Positions 1-11,723 of a stretch of 64,000 bases of DNA are shown here, in pieces (position 1 is the stretch's first letter; each line of letters opens with the position of its first letter). Origin of the DNA: Pirellulales bacterium (GTDB lineage Bacteria > Planctomycetota > Planctomycetia > Pirellulales > JAICIG01); the NCBI GenBank assembly GCA_035547915.1, contig DASZTS010000014.1, positions 53,134 to 117,133 on the forward strand, given 5' to 3'. The notes under the pieces were generated by a model. That model made no database searches and was not told the origin of the DNA. It was given only the letters and a program-made list of their open reading frames with translations. Position numbers and translations under genes: made by a program.

Positions 1-1
1 T

Positions 2-214
2 GGCCCGTTGGTGAGCCTGGTTTCGGCCGAACGGCTCGAAAAGATCCGGACCCATCAGGTTGAAATGCCGCAGATCGGCATCAGCAGCCGCGAGATTCGT
101 CGCCGCGTCGCGGCCGGGCTGAGCATCCGCTATCAGACGCCCCGCGCGGTCGAGAAGTATATCGAGGTGGCCGGTCTCTACGTGCCGATCCGTGCAAGCG
201 TGCCGCACGGATGA
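2..214 (+). CDS. nadD: Nicotinate-nucleotide adenylyltransferase, C-terminal fragment (5' end outside window)
   Basis: Translation (...HQVEMPQIGISSREIRRRVAAGLSIRYQTPRAVEKYIEVAGLY) resembles the conserved NadD C-terminus (ISST-IR motif). The ORF runs off the left edge. Confidence 0.45.
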   Translation, partial: GPLVSLVSAERLEKIRTHQVEMPQIGISSREIRRRVAAGLSIRYQTPRAVEKYIEVAGLYVPIRASVPHG

Positions 215-293
215 TAAGGTTGTTGTGGGCGTTCGGCCGCGCGTCGCGTGTGCGGCCGACACCCCGAGTTGCGTACGCAGAAGAGGTGAGATT

Positions 294-3200
294 TTGAAAT
301 CATACCGTGCTGGCTCGGCTCGCGCCGTCTTGGGTCTGTTGACGATCGGAGTCGTCGCCTCACCGGCGGCTGCACAACCGGCGGTGCCGACTCCCGGCGT
401 GTTCAGCGGACACAAACATGCCGTGAGCGCGGTGCAGTTCGCGCCGCACGGCAAGATCTTAGGCACCGGCAGCTTCGATTTCTCGTTGAAGTTGTGGAAT
501 GTCGCCACCAGTCGCGAACTGCGCACGCTGACCGGGCATCAGCACCAAGTGTTGGCGCTCGACATCAGTCGCGACGGCACGTTGTTGGCATCCAGTTCTC
601 GCGACAATACCGTGCGGCTGTGGGACATGATCGTGCCCGACCCGGTGGCCGTGCTGGCCGGTCATGCGGCCGACACAACGAGTGTGGCCATCAATGGTGA
701 CGGCAGCCTGATCGTTTCCGGCAGTCTCGATCGAACGCTGAAGATCTGGCAGCGGGCCGACGGCAAGTTGGTGCGCACGCTCGAAGGTCATGCCGCCGAG
801 GTGGCCCGCGTGGCCGTCCGCAGAGACAATCAACAGATCGCCGGCGGCGATCGCGCGGGGACCGTCCGTCTGTGGAACCTGGCCGACGGTTTGCCACAAG
901 GCGAATTCGACTCGCCCGGCGGCCCTATCGCGGGTCTGGCCTTCCATCCGAACAATCAGGCGCTGCTCACCGCCAGTGGCGACGGCACGCTCCGTTACTG
1001 GCAACTGCCGCTCGCTCCACGCCTCGCCGCGGACTTGCCCGTGGAACCGACAGCCCTGGCAGCATCGGCCGATGGCAAACTGCTCGTGACCGGCGCGGCC
1101 GATGGGCTGGCCCGCGTCCACCACGCCACGGCGAAGTTGGTGCGGAACCTCGAAGGCGCGTCGGCACCGATCACCTCGGTGGCACTCAGTCCCGATAACG
1201 GCACGGCCGCCGCCGGCACCAACGCAGGTGGCATCAAGCTTTGGAACGTGAACGACGGCATCGATCGTTTCGTCGTCGTCGGAGCGTCAAGTCCGGTCCA
1301 GGCGCTCGCCTTCCAGCCGCAGAACCAACTACTCGCCTCGGCCAGCGGCGACGGTATGTTGCGCGTATGGCAATTGCCGCTCCTCGCGCCGCGCGTGCTG
1401 GAAGGGCACGCACAGGCCGTGCGAGCCGTGGCCGTCAGCCCCAACGGGCAACTCGCGGCCACGGCCAGTGCCGACAATACCGTGCGGCTGTGGAACGTGG
1501 CTAATGGGCAGACGGCGGTGACGCTGATGGGTCACGCCGGTCCGGTGCAGGCCGTCGCTTGGTCGGCCGACGGAGGGCGGCTCGTCACCGGAAGCGCCGA
1601 CAAGACGGTGCGCCTGTGGAACGCGGGCGACGGCAAACAGATCGCGCAGCTCGATGGCCATGCGGCCGAAGTGCGCGCCGTGGTGTTCCGTCCCGACGGC
1701 GCCCAAGTGGCATCCGCAGCCGCCGACGGTGCGGTGAAGCAGTGGAACACGGCCGACAATAAAGAAGCCCGCACGCTGGCCGGCCCGGCCGCAGCGGTGG
1801 TCGGCGTGGCCTATCTGGCGGGCGGTGCGCAGTTCGCGGCTGCCTCGGCCGACGGCAAACTGTTCGTCTGGACTGCAGCCGACGGCACCGCGGTACGCAC
1901 GATCGAACACGGTGGCCCGATCACGGCCATGACAGCCAGCCCCGATGGAACGCTTGTCGCCACGGCGGGCGCCGACAACGGCGTCAAGTTGTGGAAGGTG
2001 GCCGACGGTGCGGCGGCGGGCGTGCTGCCGGTCCATCCGGCGGCGATCGCCGGGTTGAGCTTCTCGGCCGACAACGGGCGCGTTGCCACCGCCGCGGCCG
2101 ACGGTGTGGTGCGCGTGTGGGACCTGGCCGGTCTGCTCTGGCAATCGTTCCCCACGCCGAACGTCGCAGCGACGGCGGTTGCCTTCGCGCCCGACAAGAA
2201 GACACTCGTGGCCGGCGGCGCCGACAATCGGGTACGCATCCATCAGTTCGCCGCCGTGCAAGCCATCGCCGCGCACCCGGCGGGCGCGACGACGCTGGCT
2301 TGGCATCCGAACGGCGGGCAACTGCTCAGCGGTGGTGTCGACAAGGTCGTGCGGCTGTGGAACGTCGCCGATGGCAAACCTGCCCGCGATCTGGCTGGTC
2401 AGACCGAAGTCGTGCTGGCTGTGGCAATGTCGCGCGACGGTGGCCGGGCCGTGGCCGCCGGGGCCGACGGCGCGGTGCGTGCCTGGAACCTCAACGCCCA
2501 GCCCGGCACCAAAGAAGCCGAGCCGCTTGTCCTGGCGCACGGCAAGCCGGTGCGCGGCGTGGTCCTGAGCACCGATAACCTCAGGCTGGCGACCGCCTGC
2601 GACGACGGCCTCGTGCGCGTGTGGGATCTGGCTACCGGCCTGGCGCTCGAGCAATTCGCCGGGCACAAAGGGGCCGTCACCGCGATCAGCCTGGCGGTCG
2701 ACAACAAGACGCTCATTTCCTGTTCCGCGGACAAGAGCGTGCGCGTGTGGAGTCTGGCCGCGGCGAAGGTCGTGGCGGCGCACGCCGGTCCGGCGCGCGA
2801 TCTGTTCGTGACGCCCGACGGTTCGGCCGCCACGGTCGGCGACGACAAGATCGTGCGGCTGTGGGACGGCAATGGCAACAAGGCGCGGGAGTTCGCCGGC
2901 AGCCAGGGGCCGCTGCTGTGCGTCGCCGTGCGGCCCGACTCCGGCCAACTGGCCGCCGGCGGGGCCGATCAGAAGTTGTACGTGTGGACCTACGGCGACG
3001 CCAAGCTGCTACGGACGCTCGATACGCCGGCCGCGGTGCAGGCGGTTGCCTTCAGCGCCGACAACCAGTCGCTCGCCTGCGGCGGTGCCGACAATCACCT
3101 GCGCGTCTTCGCCACCCTGGACGGTAAGCTCGTCGAAGAGTTCGTCGGTGTGGCGCCGGTGACGGCGGTGGCGTGGACACCCGACGGCAAGCAGCTCGCC

Positions 3201-3884
3201 AGCGCCGGCGGCAACAACTCCGTCAAACTATGGAAGCACGCGGCGGTCGGCCCGGTGAAGACGCTCGGCGGGCACGGAGGTCCGGTGTACTCCGTGGCGG
3301 TCAGCCCCGACGGTCAATCCATCGCCTCGTCGAGCGCCGACCAGACGATCCGCGTGTGGAGCGTGGCGGGCGGCAACCAGCTTCGCCAACTCACCGGCCA
3401 TCAGGGTTCGGTCTATACGATCGCCTATAATCACGACGGCGCGCTGCTCGTCTCCGGCGGCGCCGATATGACGGTCCGCCTGTGGGACGCGCTCGGTGGG
3501 CGTGAGCTGAGCCGGCTGAGTGGCAAAGACTCGCCGGTCTATAGCGTGGCCTTCAGCCCCGACGGCCGCACGGTGGCCGCGGCGGGGCTCGACAAGCTCG
3601 TCCATCTGTGGGACGTCGGCAGCGCGTCGATCAAGCAAACGATCTCCGGCCACGTCGACCACATCTATCACGTGGCCTTCAATCCCGCGGGCACGAGGTT
3701 GCTGACGTCGGGTTACGCCGGCCACCTGTTCGTCTGGGACCTGGCCAGCGGCAAGCAGCTCTTCACGCACAAAATGCCTGGCGTGGCCTACTACGCCTCC
3801 TACGCCCCCGACGGCACGCGGATGGTGGTCGGCAGCGCCGACGGCAATGCCTATCTGATCGAACTGCCCGCGGCCGCCCGTTGA
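294..3884 (+). CDS. Secreted WD40/beta-propeller repeat protein (~1200 aa, ~28 WD repeats)
   Basis: Long ORF with reiterated WD motifs (GH..V.AVAFSPDG.LASGS.D.TV.LW). In-frame TTG at 294 preceded by AGGTGAG, followed by a signal-peptide-like segment (AVLGLLTIGVVASPAAAQP). The listed ORF starts at 192, but 294 is the likelier start. Confidence 0.85.
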   Translation: MKSYRAGSARAVLGLLTIGVVASPAAAQPAVPTPGVFSGHKHAVSAVQFAPHGKILGTGSFDFSLKLWNVATSRELRTLTGHQHQVLALDISRDGTLLASSSRDNTVRLWDMIVPDPVAVLAGHAADTTSVAINGDGSLIVSGSLDRTLKIWQRADGKLVRTLEGHAAEVARVAVRRDNQQIAGGDRAGTVRLWNLADGLPQGEFDSPGGPIAGLAFHPNNQALLTASGDGTLRYWQLPLAPRLAADLPVEPTALAASADGKLLVTGAADGLARVHHATAKLVRNLEGASAPITSVALSPDNGTAAAGTNAGGIKLWNVNDGIDRFVVVGASSPVQALAFQPQNQLLASASGDGMLRVWQLPLLAPRVLEGHAQAVRAVAVSPNGQLAATASADNTVRLWNVANGQTAVTLMGHAGPVQAVAWSADGGRLVTGSADKTVRLWNAGDGKQIAQLDGHAAEVRAVVFRPDGAQVASAAADGAVKQWNTADNKEARTLAGPAAAVVGVAYLAGGAQFAAASADGKLFVWTAADGTAVRTIEHGGPITAMTASPDGTLVATAGADNGVKLWKVADGAAAGVLPVHPAAIAGLSFSADNGRVATAAADGVVRVWDLAGLLWQSFPTPNVAATAVAFAPDKKTLVAGGADNRVRIHQFAAVQAIAAHPAGATTLAWHPNGGQLLSGGVDKVVRLWNVADGKPARDLAGQTEVVLAVAMSRDGGRAVAAGADGAVRAWNLNAQPGTKEAEPLVLAHGKPVRGVVLSTDNLRLATACDDGLVRVWDLATGLALEQFAGHKGAVTAISLAVDNKTLISCSADKSVRVWSLAAAKVVAAHAGPARDLFVTPDGSAATVGDDKIVRLWDGNGNKAREFAGSQGPLLCVAVRPDSGQLAAGGADQKLYVWTYGDAKLLRTLDTPAAVQAVAFSADNQSLACGGADNHLRVFATLDGKLVEEFVGVAPVTAVAWTPDGKQLASAGGNNSVKLWKHAAVGPVKTLGGHGGPVYSVAVSPDGQSIASSSADQTIRVWSVAGGNQLRQLTGHQGSVYTIAYNHDGALLVSGGADMTVRLWDALGGRELSRLSGKDSPVYSVAFSPDGRTVAAAGLDKLVHLWDVGSASIKQTISGHVDHIYHVAFNPAGTRLLTSGYAGHLFVWDLASGKQLFTHKMPGVAYYASYAPDGTRMVVGSADGNAYLIELPAAAR

Positions 3885-3894
3885 TGGCTGCCTC

Positions 3895-4686
3895 GTGCGG
3901 AAGCCCTGCAACGACCGACGGTCGATTATCGGATACGGACTGTTGCCAACCGAAGAGTTCCGCGCGTTGTATAAAACCATGCCCACGTGCTTCCTCGACC
4001 GCTTCGTGGTGATCCTGCTCGACCTGAACGGAACGTTCATGTTCGGACAGGACCGGTTCGGCGAGGGTGAAGATTTTGGGGCGACCTATCGAGATTTGGG
4101 CGGCGCGAGGCTGGATCCTATGGCAGTCGAACGCATCGTGCGGACGACCTACGATCGGATGGCCTTGGATTACGAGAATCCCGCCAAGTTCGACGACTTT
4201 CCGCGGGTGGCCGAGGTGCTGAGATCGCTTCATCCATCGCTGCCGGACGACGAATTGGAACGCCTCGAAGAGGTCGTTGCCGTGCACGAACTCGGGCATG
4301 TGCCGGACAGCTACGCGGCCGGTCTCAAAGGCCTGGCGAGGAACCACCGCCTGGGTTTGGTGGCGAACATCTGGTGTCGCAAGGAACGTTGGTTGCGAGA
4401 GTTGACGCGGGCCGGCGTGCTCGACCTGCTCGAGTTCCCGGTCTTCTCTTCCGATCACCGCAGCATGAAGCCGTCACCGCGCCTATTCGATCTGGCCTGG
4501 AGTCGCTTCGGTGTCGGCAAGGAACAGACGGTATTCATCGGAGATAGCCTGGTGAACGATATCGCGGGAGCTCAGGCATTCGGCCTCGCGAGCGTGTGGG
4601 TCAATCCGGGAGGGCCGCCAACATACAATCCGCTCTCAGCGGATCATGTTGTGTCCGATCTACACGATTTATGGAACGGTTCTTGA
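3895..4686 (+). CDS. HAD-superfamily hydrolase
   Basis: HAD motif I (LLDLNGTF) and motif IV (FIGDSLVNDIAGAQAFG). An alternative start is the Met at about 3979. Confidence 0.65.
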   Translation: MRKPCNDRRSIIGYGLLPTEEFRALYKTMPTCFLDRFVVILLDLNGTFMFGQDRFGEGEDFGATYRDLGGARLDPMAVERIVRTTYDRMALDYENPAKFDDFPRVAEVLRSLHPSLPDDELERLEEVVAVHELGHVPDSYAAGLKGLARNHRLGLVANIWCRKERWLRELTRAGVLDLLEFPVFSSDHRSMKPSPRLFDLAWSRFGVGKEQTVFIGDSLVNDIAGAQAFGLASVWVNPGGPPTYNPLSADHVVSDLHDLWNGS

Positions 4687-4714
4687 GTTCTCAGCAGTCA
4701 AAAGGCCGATACTC

Positions 4715-6118
4715 ATGAAATCTTTGATCGACGATGCGAGACGTCGTACCGGAGGTGTGTTACGCAGCGTGCGGCGACTCGAGGCGCTGGTCGTTCTCGC
4801 GTTGGCAATCGCCATCCAGCAACGGACTGAGGCCGCGCCACCGGAACTGCAAAAGATCGCGCCCGGTGGATACCAGTGCTTCTTCTTGGTCGGTGGCGAT
4901 GTGGTCGGCATCGGGTCGAATCGTTGCGGGCAATTGGGCTTCGGCATCGGCGCGCCTTATCCGCCCGCTCCACCGGTCGCCATCCAGGTGCCGCCGCATA
5001 CGAAATTCATCGACGTCGTGGCGGGCGGATACCACAGTCTGGCCGTCGATACCACCGGCCATGTCTGGACGTGGGGTAGCAACCGTTACGGACAACGGGG
5101 CGACGGTAGCCCGCTTGAACGCGACGGCATTCCCGTGCCGCCCGAATACGGCCTGCCCAACCGAATCGCCCACGACAACGAGGGCCACGACTTCGACGGC
5201 GTGATCCGCGTTTGCAGCGGATGGTGGATCAACGGCGCCCTGAAGAGCGACGGCAGCGTCTGGGTGTGGGGCAAGAACTCGGAGGAAACGAACGGGCTGG
5301 CCGGCAGCGCGGAGGTCACGTCGGCCACAGTGGACCGGCCGACGCAGGTGCCGTTCGAGCGTGGAGTCTCGATCGTGGAAGTCGCAACCAGCGGCGCGAT
5401 GATGGTGGCTCGCGACGCCGACGGACGGGTCTGGTCGTGGGGAGGAAGCGACAACTCGTCGGAGAATCGTGGCTCCGGCGAGGGCGATTTCACCAAGCCC
5501 AGCTTGCTGCCGAATCTGCCCAAGATTCAGGCGATCGCCGTCGGCGACGGCTTCAGCTATGCGTTGGACGGTGCCGGAAACCTGTGGGGCTGGGGACTCT
5601 CCGGCACCTATCTCGGCCTCGGTCCGGCACAGGGCGGCTGGTTTCCGCAACCAACGCCAGTCAAGCTCTCGTTCCCGGAGTTTGGCGGCACCCCGGTGGC
5701 CACTGTCGCCGTCAGCGGTCACAGCACGCACGTGATTCTGGCGGATGGAACCTTGTGGGGTTGGGGCGATAGCGCACTGGGAGAGGTGGGCAACGGCGAG
5801 ATGCTCGACTTCGCGCAGTGCAACTACTCGTGGGACTGGGGCAAGTTCGAGCGGCTGGTCTTCCGCCCCGTGCGCATCGCACCGGATGTGGAGAACTTCG
5901 CCGCCCTCTATTCGACGGCGATGTGCTTCTATACCTACGCGGTCACGCAAGACGGTCGGTTCTATTCCTGGGGTCGCAACAAGACGGGCATTCTCGGCGA
6001 CGGAGTCATCCCGACCGGAAACGTGGCCGAGCATCCCGATAGCTGGAACGTGCCAACCGCGACGCGCGTCTCGCCGTTCTCGCGGCAAGGGATCCGCGAA
6101 GTTCCTGCCAAGCGTTAG
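4715..6118 (+). CDS. RCC1/ATS1-repeat protein, secreted
   Basis: Repeated '[28 protein letters not shown]'-type RCC1 motifs. Signal-like N-terminus from the ATG at 4715 (MKSLIDD...[16 protein letters not shown]). Confidence 0.75.
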   Translation: MKSLIDDARRRTGGVLRSVRRLEALVVLALAIAIQQRTEAAPPELQKIAPGGYQCFFLVGGDVVGIGSNRCGQLGFGIGAPYPPAPPVAIQVPPHTKFIDVVAGGYHSLAVDTTGHVWTWGSNRYGQRGDGSPLERDGIPVPPEYGLPNRIAHDNEGHDFDGVIRVCSGWWINGALKSDGSVWVWGKNSEETNGLAGSAEVTSATVDRPTQVPFERGVSIVEVATSGAMMVARDADGRVWSWGGSDNSSENRGSGEGDFTKPSLLPNLPKIQAIAVGDGFSYALDGAGNLWGWGLSGTYLGLGPAQGGWFPQPTPVKLSFPEFGGTPVATVAVSGHSTHVILADGTLWGWGDSALGEVGNGEMLDFAQCNYSWDWGKFERLVFRPVRIAPDVENFAALYSTAMCFYTYAVTQDGRFYSWGRNKTGILGDGVIPTGNVAEHPDSWNVPTATRVSPFSRQGIREVPAKR

Positions 6119-7461
6119 GCCCGCGAGAAGATCGGCCCGTCGAGCACGCCGGTACTGTCGGCGAACGAATCCTGCTCGATGCCGAGCGAGCGTAGGATGC
6201 TCAGAAAGACGTTCGACATCCGCGTCTCACCCTGCTGCCAGTAGACGCCGTGCCGCAGCCCCATGTTCGCACCGCCGGCGATCAACGTGGGCAGGTTCTT
6301 CGGGTAATGCGTGGTGCTGGCGCCGCTGCCGTAGAGCACGATGCTGTTGTCGAGCAGCGAGCCGCTACGGTCCTTATATTCCCGTAAGCGGCCGAAGAAA
6401 TAGGCCAACTGCTCGCTGAGGAACAGGTCGTAGCGGGCGAAGGCGAGTTGGCCCTCCTTGTCTTCGGCGTGCGACAGGCTGTGGTGCGTGCGTCCCAGGC
6501 CGAGCTTCAACGGGAACGTGTCGCTGATTCCCATGCCGTCTTCGCGGTTGAGCATGAAGGCCACGCTGCGCGTGATGTCGGCGTCGAAGGCCAAAGCGAT
6601 CAGATCGAACATGTTGCGGTAGTACTCGCGCGGCTCGCCCTCCGACGTGGCGTCGAGGTTGAGGTGCGAGTAGTCCTGCTCCTTGAGCGGGATATCGATC
6701 CATTTCTCGGCCGTGGTGAGCCGCGACTCGACTTCGTCCAGCGAGGTCAGATACTGGTCCATCTTCTCGCGGTCGGATTTGCCCAGCCGCTTGTCGAGCG
6801 CGCGGGCGTTGTCGAGTACCGCGTCGACGAGCCGCATGCGGCGTTGTAGCTGGTCATGCCGCGAGGCGAGCGAAGCCTGATCGCCGCGGAACAGCCGATC
6901 GAACACCCGCTGCGGATTGTTCTCGGCCGGGATCGGCTTGCCGTCCAAGCTGTAGGAGATCGTGCCGGTGCGCGACAAGAAGCCCGTGCCGGCGTCGATC
7001 GACAGCACGAGCGACGGCTGGCGACAGAATTGCTTGGTGTGCAGCGCGACGACCTGATCGAGCGCGACGGAGTTGTACGTGCCCGGCTTCGGGTTGTGGA
7101 GCGGAGCGCCGGTCAACCACATGTCGGAGCAGACATGCGGGTCGGCCTTGGCGCCGCTCGGATGGTGGAGCCCGCCCAGGAAGCTCAGTTGGTTGCGAAA
7201 CGGAACCAGCGGCTCAGTCGACTTGCCGAACACGAACTGGCCGTCCTGCTCGGCCCGCGGAAACCAACTCCATTCGTCGATCCCGTGTTGCGTCCTCGGG
7301 AGCGACATGCCGTTGGCCGTATACAGGGCGCAGAACCGCCGCGGAATCTGCTGCGCGACCTCGTCGCCCATCGCTTCCAAGACGGGCAACGCCAGCGAGA
7401 TGCCGGCCATTCCTTTGAGCACCGAACGACGATCGAGCTTCACGGCGGGGGCCAGAGGCAT
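6115..7461 (-). CDS. DUF1501 domain protein (sulfatase-like, Tat signal)
   Basis: Typical planctomycete DUF1501 sequence with an RRSVLKG twin-arginine N-terminus. Paired with the downstream PSD1/DUF1553 gene. Confidence 0.85.
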   Translation of the reverse strand: MPLAPAVKLDRRSVLKGMAGISLALPVLEAMGDEVAQQIPRRFCALYTANGMSLPRTQHGIDEWSWFPRAEQDGQFVFGKSTEPLVPFRNQLSFLGGLHHPSGAKADPHVCSDMWLTGAPLHNPKPGTYNSVALDQVVALHTKQFCRQPSLVLSIDAGTGFLSRTGTISYSLDGKPIPAENNPQRVFDRLFRGDQASLASRHDQLQRRMRLVDAVLDNARALDKRLGKSDREKMDQYLTSLDEVESRLTTAEKWIDIPLKEQDYSHLNLDATSEGEPREYYRNMFDLIALAFDADITRSVAFMLNREDGMGISDTFPLKLGLGRTHHSLSHAEDKEGQLAFARYDLFLSEQLAYFFGRLREYKDRSGSLLDNSIVLYGSGASTTHYPKNLPTLIAGGANMGLRHGVYWQQGETRMSNVFLSILRSLGIEQDSFADSTGVLDGPIFSRA

Positions 7462-7500
7462 ATGTGTTCTCGCGGCGGGGCGTCGGCAAAGGGCGGGCGG

Positions 7501-10500
7501 CTACTTCTCCAGAAACAGCTCGCTCTTCACGACAAAGCGGAGGAGGTCTTGCAGGCGGTACTCGGTGGATTTCAATTCTAGCCCCCGCTCCTTGAGGAAC
7601 TCAAGTTCCGGGTAGCTGAGCGTGCGGCCCGTGGCATAACCGGCCAGATGCTTGAGGAACGAGAACGCGACCTGGTCGAGCCGTTCGTCGGCCAAATAGG
7701 CCTTCAAGCCGTTGGCGTCGTCGACCTGCCTTCCATCGGGCAGGGTCGAACGGGCATCGACCGCCGGATCGGACAGCCCTTTGAATCGGCCGCCGGCATC
7801 GAATTGTTCCAAGGGTAGCCCCCAGGGATCAATGCCGGCATGACACTTCACGCAGCCCGGCTGATTGCGATGTCGCTCGAGTTTTTCGCGGAGTGTGAGC
7901 TTCAGCCCGTCGTCGTTCGGCAACGCCGGCACGTTGGGCGGTGGATCGTCCGGCGGCTCCGCGATGATCTTGCGCGCCAGCCACGCGCCCCGCTTCACGG
8001 GATTCACTTCGCGGCCGTCCGACAGGCCGGCCAAGATTCCGGCCTGGGCCAACAGACCGCCGAGGTTGGCGTTGTCGTGTGAGATGGCGACGAATTCGAA
8101 GCCGGTCTCCGTACGATCGGCCAGATCGTAATAGTTCGCCACGACCTCGTTGGCCACGATGAAGTCGGAACGGACCAGGTTCCGCAGCGGCAGATTGTTC
8201 CGCAACAGGTGCAGAAGGAATTCGACCGGCTCGCCGCGCAACTGAGTTTTGGCGTGGCGGGTGAGTCGCGGATAGCGTCGGCGGTCCGTCTCGACGACGT
8301 CGAGCTTGTCGAGGTTCAACCACTGCGACGCGAATTCACGCGCGAACTGGCCGCAGCGTGGATCTGCCACCATGCGTTCGATCTCCGGATCGAGTGACGC
8401 GAGCAGTTGGCCAGAGGCAGCAAGTTGCAGCAGCCGCTCGTCGGGCGGAGCATTCCAGAGAAAGTACGACAATTTCGCGGCCAGCTCATAACCGTCGAGA
8501 GGCTCACCTTGCGGGCTCTCGCTCTGCTCGATCAAGAACAAGAACTGCGGCGACGTCAGCACCACGAGCAGCGCATCTTTGATGCTCTGCCGGAATTCTC
8601 CGCATCGGCCGAACGAGTCCTGCCAGACCGCCATCAGCGCCTCCTCTTCTTGGGCTGCCAGGGGCCGACGAAACGCGCGCGTGGCGAACGACCGCAACAC
8701 GTCGCGGGCGTACTCGGCCGATTCGGACGGATGGGGCGAGGCGATAAAGATGTTGCGATGCGTGGCCGGGGGCCAAGTGTCGTAGAACGGCCCCTCGAAT
8801 TCCACCGAACGGAGCAGGAGTCGCGGCATATCGCGGCCATCGGTGTATTCGCTGCGGACGCCGATCTCCCGCACGCCTGCCAGGTAGTTGACGTTGTCCT
8901 TTTCCACATCGGGGCTGGGGAAATTCCCGATCGCCCCCTCGAACACATAGTCCTGCGGCTCGCACGAGGTGACGACCCGTGCCGTGCCGACCTGCGTCAA
9001 TGTGCTGCCGCAGTCGCGCCTCAGTCCGAGGTGCACGCCGATCCGCGGCTGACGCTTTGCGAAAGTCGAAAAGCGCGTGGCCGCTTCGTGTGCCGGGTCG
9101 AGTGGCGTAAGCACCAGGCGGGCCGCCGCCGGCTGGCCGCCGTAGATGGCGGACACATTTAGCGGACCGGCAGGCAGATGCAACGCTAGAAAGGCCGGTT
9201 GCGAGAGGGTTCCCGAAAACCGCAGCTCGCCCAGCAGCAGCGTCAGGTTCTGCCGTTTCTCGTTGTTGGGCTGGGGCGGCGTGGCCGCATCGGCCGCCAA
9301 GTAGATGTCGGCCTGATAGATGCCCGCCGTCGGAATCGACACCGATTGCGGCTGGCCCAGGTTCTCGACCGTCAACGCTCCGGCCGATGAAGCATCCTGG
9401 CTCGCGGCGCCGGGGTCGAGGAGCAGGCCGTCGTCGTACTTCGCGGCCTTGACCGTTACGCGAAATCGTCCCTCGTCGGGCAGTTCACGTAGCGAGATTT
9501 TGAAATTGGCCTTCGGGCCGTAGGTGCTGTCGACCTGGAACTCTTCGTCACTGGGGATGGCCGGCCGCAACAGCAGGCCCTGGGGCACCGTCTCGTAGGC
9601 CAGCCCCTTGGGATAACCTTCCGAGCCACGCATGCAGGCAAACACCGCATGGTAGATGCTGTCGTATTCCCGCCAGCCACGCACCGTATCGTTCCCCTGA
9701 TACCCCTCGATGAAGCGATACTGCGTGCGCATGAAGAACGGCCGGTATTCGAACGGCTTCGTGGGACTGAGCTGCGTGACCACGAAGTCGTCGTTCTTGA
9801 GCAGATGGCTGAGCGCCCCCAGAATCAGATTGTCGGGGCATGGCGTCGGGTTGATATGCTCGCCCAGATCCATGCGAAAATTCTGGATGCTGGGCGGCGA
9901 TCGTTCGTCGACGATGCACCGGTCGAGCAACTTCTCCGCGATGCCGAAATACGCGTCGATCAGCAGGGGCGAGAGCAGCATCGACTGGCCGTTGTTCAAG
10001 AAGCCCTCCTTGGAGACGGTGTCGGGGGGCAACACATCGGTCAGATCGTCGTCGAGACCCAGCAGGTCGCGTAGTGTGTTGCGATATTGGGCGACCGTCA
10101 GCCGACGCACCGAACCGTTCTTGTCGGGCTTGCGTGACCGCGCCACGGCGATGGCCTGGTCGATCCAGTCGGTCAGCGATCGCCGTTCGTCGGCCGTCGG
10201 TTGCGGCTCGTCTTCGGGCGGCATCGCCTCGTCGGCCAGTTGGCGGCGGATCTCGGTCCAGAGGAACGGTTGTCTACCCGCGAGCGAGCCGTCGAGATGA
10301 TCGACGCGCACACCCGATTTCATCTCTTCGGGGTTGTGGCAGCGCACGCAGTATTTGGCGAGCAGTGGTTGCACCTGCTCGCGGAAACGCGTTTGAATGG
10401 CCGCCAGCGGAGCGGCAGTCGGCGGCTCTTCCCCTCGCACGGCCGAAACCAACCCCGGCCCGGCCAATAGCATCAGGCTGATGACGCGGAATCGCCACGG

Positions 10501-10566
10501 CGAACCAAATTGAGCGCCCAGGCCATGCGATCGACGTGGGCAGCATCTACCGCACATCATGTTCAT
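7501..10566 (-). CDS. PSD1 (planctomycete cytochrome c) / DUF1549 / DUF1553 protein
   Basis: CxxCH motif ([21 protein letters not shown]) near the N-terminus and DUF1553-like [12 protein letters not shown] near the C-terminus. Canonical partner of DUF1501. Confidence 0.85.
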   Translation of the reverse strand: MNMMCGRCCPRRSHGLGAQFGSPWRFRVISLMLLAGPGLVSAVRGEEPPTAAPLAAIQTRFREQVQPLLAKYCVRCHNPEEMKSGVRVDHLDGSLAGRQPFLWTEIRRQLADEAMPPEDEPQPTADERRSLTDWIDQAIAVARSRKPDKNGSVRRLTVAQYRNTLRDLLGLDDDLTDVLPPDTVSKEGFLNNGQSMLLSPLLIDAYFGIAEKLLDRCIVDERSPPSIQNFRMDLGEHINPTPCPDNLILGALSHLLKNDDFVVTQLSPTKPFEYRPFFMRTQYRFIEGYQGNDTVRGWREYDSIYHAVFACMRGSEGYPKGLAYETVPQGLLLRPAIPSDEEFQVDSTYGPKANFKISLRELPDEGRFRVTVKAAKYDDGLLLDPGAASQDASSAGALTVENLGQPQSVSIPTAGIYQADIYLAADAATPPQPNNEKRQNLTLLLGELRFSGTLSQPAFLALHLPAGPLNVSAIYGGQPAAARLVLTPLDPAHEAATRFSTFAKRQPRIGVHLGLRRDCGSTLTQVGTARVVTSCEPQDYVFEGAIGNFPSPDVEKDNVNYLAGVREIGVRSEYTDGRDMPRLLLRSVEFEGPFYDTWPPATHRNIFIASPHPSESAEYARDVLRSFATRAFRRPLAAQEEEALMAVWQDSFGRCGEFRQSIKDALLVVLTSPQFLFLIEQSESPQGEPLDGYELAAKLSYFLWNAPPDERLLQLAASGQLLASLDPEIERMVADPRCGQFAREFASQWLNLDKLDVVETDRRRYPRLTRHAKTQLRGEPVEFLLHLLRNNLPLRNLVRSDFIVANEVVANYYDLADRTETGFEFVAISHDNANLGGLLAQAGILAGLSDGREVNPVKRGAWLARKIIAEPPDDPPPNVPALPNDDGLKLTLREKLERHRNQPGCVKCHAGIDPWGLPLEQFDAGGRFKGLSDPAVDARSTLPDGRQVDDANGLKAYLADERLDQVAFSFLKHLAGYATGRTLSYPELEFLKERGLELKSTEYRLQDLLRFVVKSELFLEK

Positions 10567-11185
10567 TGCCTCTCTAACGATCCGCCGCTGATCGTGGGAA
10601 ACCCTCTTCTCCCCTTCCCACGGAAAACATCTCGCTTGATCGGATTGTAGTCTGCGGAGAACTTGTGCGGCAGTGCGGGACCGGCAATGCGCCGGGACCC
10701 CGCATCTGCATTATCCGCATTCCCCGCGTCGCGGCTGTCACGGCATCGACAGTCAGCCGACGGCAGCGACCACAATTAGTTTTGCAAAAATCGTGTGAAC
10801 CTTCTGAAACCTTTCACGTCTATCAGGGTATAAGCTGACGGACGCGGACGACGCTGGGGTCGATCTGTGCCGCTTCGCAGGATGGCCTCACCGGGCCAGC
10901 GAGATTTCCGATGATGACCAAAAGGCCAAGCATCACCAACGAACGCATAGGGACGTGCTCGTTTGCCGGCAAACCGGCGAATCGGCTCCCCGCGCATCCG
11001 TTGCGCTTGTGACGCTCGGCCATTTGGCAAGCAAGGCTCATCAAAGGCCCGGTGTCACGCGACGCCGGGCCTTTTTCGTTGGCACACAACAAACATGGGT
11101 CGGTAGCTGAGACGGTATAGCACTTGGCTGAAAACCAGGAGACGAGGATTCGAGCGCCTCCCGACCCACTCACAGAAAGACATAC

Positions 11186-11258
11186 GGCTCGTTCGTCTAG
11201 CGGCCAAGGATGCCGGTTTTTCAAGCCGGAGACCGGGGTTCAACTCCCCGACGGGCTA
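11186..11258 (+). tRNA. tRNA-Glu(TTC)
   Basis: Cloverleaf folded by hand: acceptor GGCTCGT/ACGGGCT, anticodon arm CCGGT-TTTTCAA-GCCGG, T-arm CGGGG-TTCAACT-CCCCG. Confidence 0.75.
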
Positions 11259-11276
11259 CTCGGAAACACAGAACAA

Positions 11277-11348
11277 CGGGATGTAGGGTAACGGCGGCCC
11301 GCGTGCCTTGGGAGCACGAGCGAGTGGGTTCAACTCCCACCATCCCGA
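11277..11348 (+). tRNA. tRNA-Pro(TGG)
   Basis: C1:G72 acceptor (CGGGATG/CATCCCG), anticodon arm CGTGC-CTTGGGA-GCACG, T-arm GTGGG-TTCAACT-CCCAC. Confidence 0.75.
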
Positions 11349-11409
11349 CTTGGCCATCGCTCGGCGAGCGATCGGCAAGGAAGGGTGAGAGAGGTCGTCA
11401 TCGGAACAC

Positions 11410-11481
11410 GGTCCGGTGTTGTAAGGGAAGCATGGCGATCTGATACGTCGCCGGAGGTTGGTTCAACTCCACCCCGGACTA
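11410..11481 (+). tRNA. tRNA-Ile(GAT)-like, degenerate D-arm (possible pseudo-tRNA)
   Basis: Good anticodon arm GCGAT-CTGATAC-GTCGC and acceptor GGTCCGG/CCGGACT. T-arm has one mismatch and no convincing D-stem. Confidence 0.35.
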
Positions 11482-11547
11482 CTTCAACAGGAGACAACGA
11501 ATGCGGCAGCCACAACGATTCAAACGCATACGCCAGACCGGCAACAC

Positions 11548-11619
11548 GGGGTCGTGGCGTAACGGCAGCGCATCCGCCTTTTAAGCGGAAGGGTGAGGGT
11601 TCGATTCCCTCCGGCCCCA
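11548..11619 (+). tRNA. tRNA-Lys(TTT)
   Basis: Acceptor GGGGTCG/CGGCCCC, anticodon arm TCCGC-CTTTTAA-GCGGA, T-arm GAGGG-TTCGATT-CCCTC. Confidence 0.8.
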
Positions 11620-11626
11620 CTGATCT

Positions 11627-11698
11627 CGGCACGTAGCTCAGTGGCAGAGCGGGACTCTTATAAGGCCCTGGTCGAAGGTCCGATTCCTTCCGTGCCGA
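11627..11698 (+). tRNA. tRNA with UAU anticodon (Ile2-like)
   Basis: Perfect acceptor CGGCACG/CGTGCCG, D-stem GCTC/GAGC, anticodon arm GGACT-CTTATAA-GGCCC (one A.C mismatch), T-arm GAAGG-TCCGATT-CCTTC. Confidence 0.55.
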
Positions 11699-11723
11699 CT
11701 GGCAGAGGCGAACGACACAACAC

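Noticed and set aside
459-3430. Many antisense or alternate-frame ORFs (e.g. 1329-2948(-) 539 aa, 459-1124(-), 1991-2578(+)) inside the WD40 gene
   Set aside because: High-GC frame artefacts: Arg/Ala/Pro-rich low-complexity translations entirely within a well-supported repeat-protein gene.
10823-11224. ORF 10823-11224(-) 133 aa upstream of or overlapping tRNA-Glu
   Set aside because: Overlaps the tRNA-Glu gene, and only the last ~40 codons have a signal-peptide-like look. No RBS or motif support.
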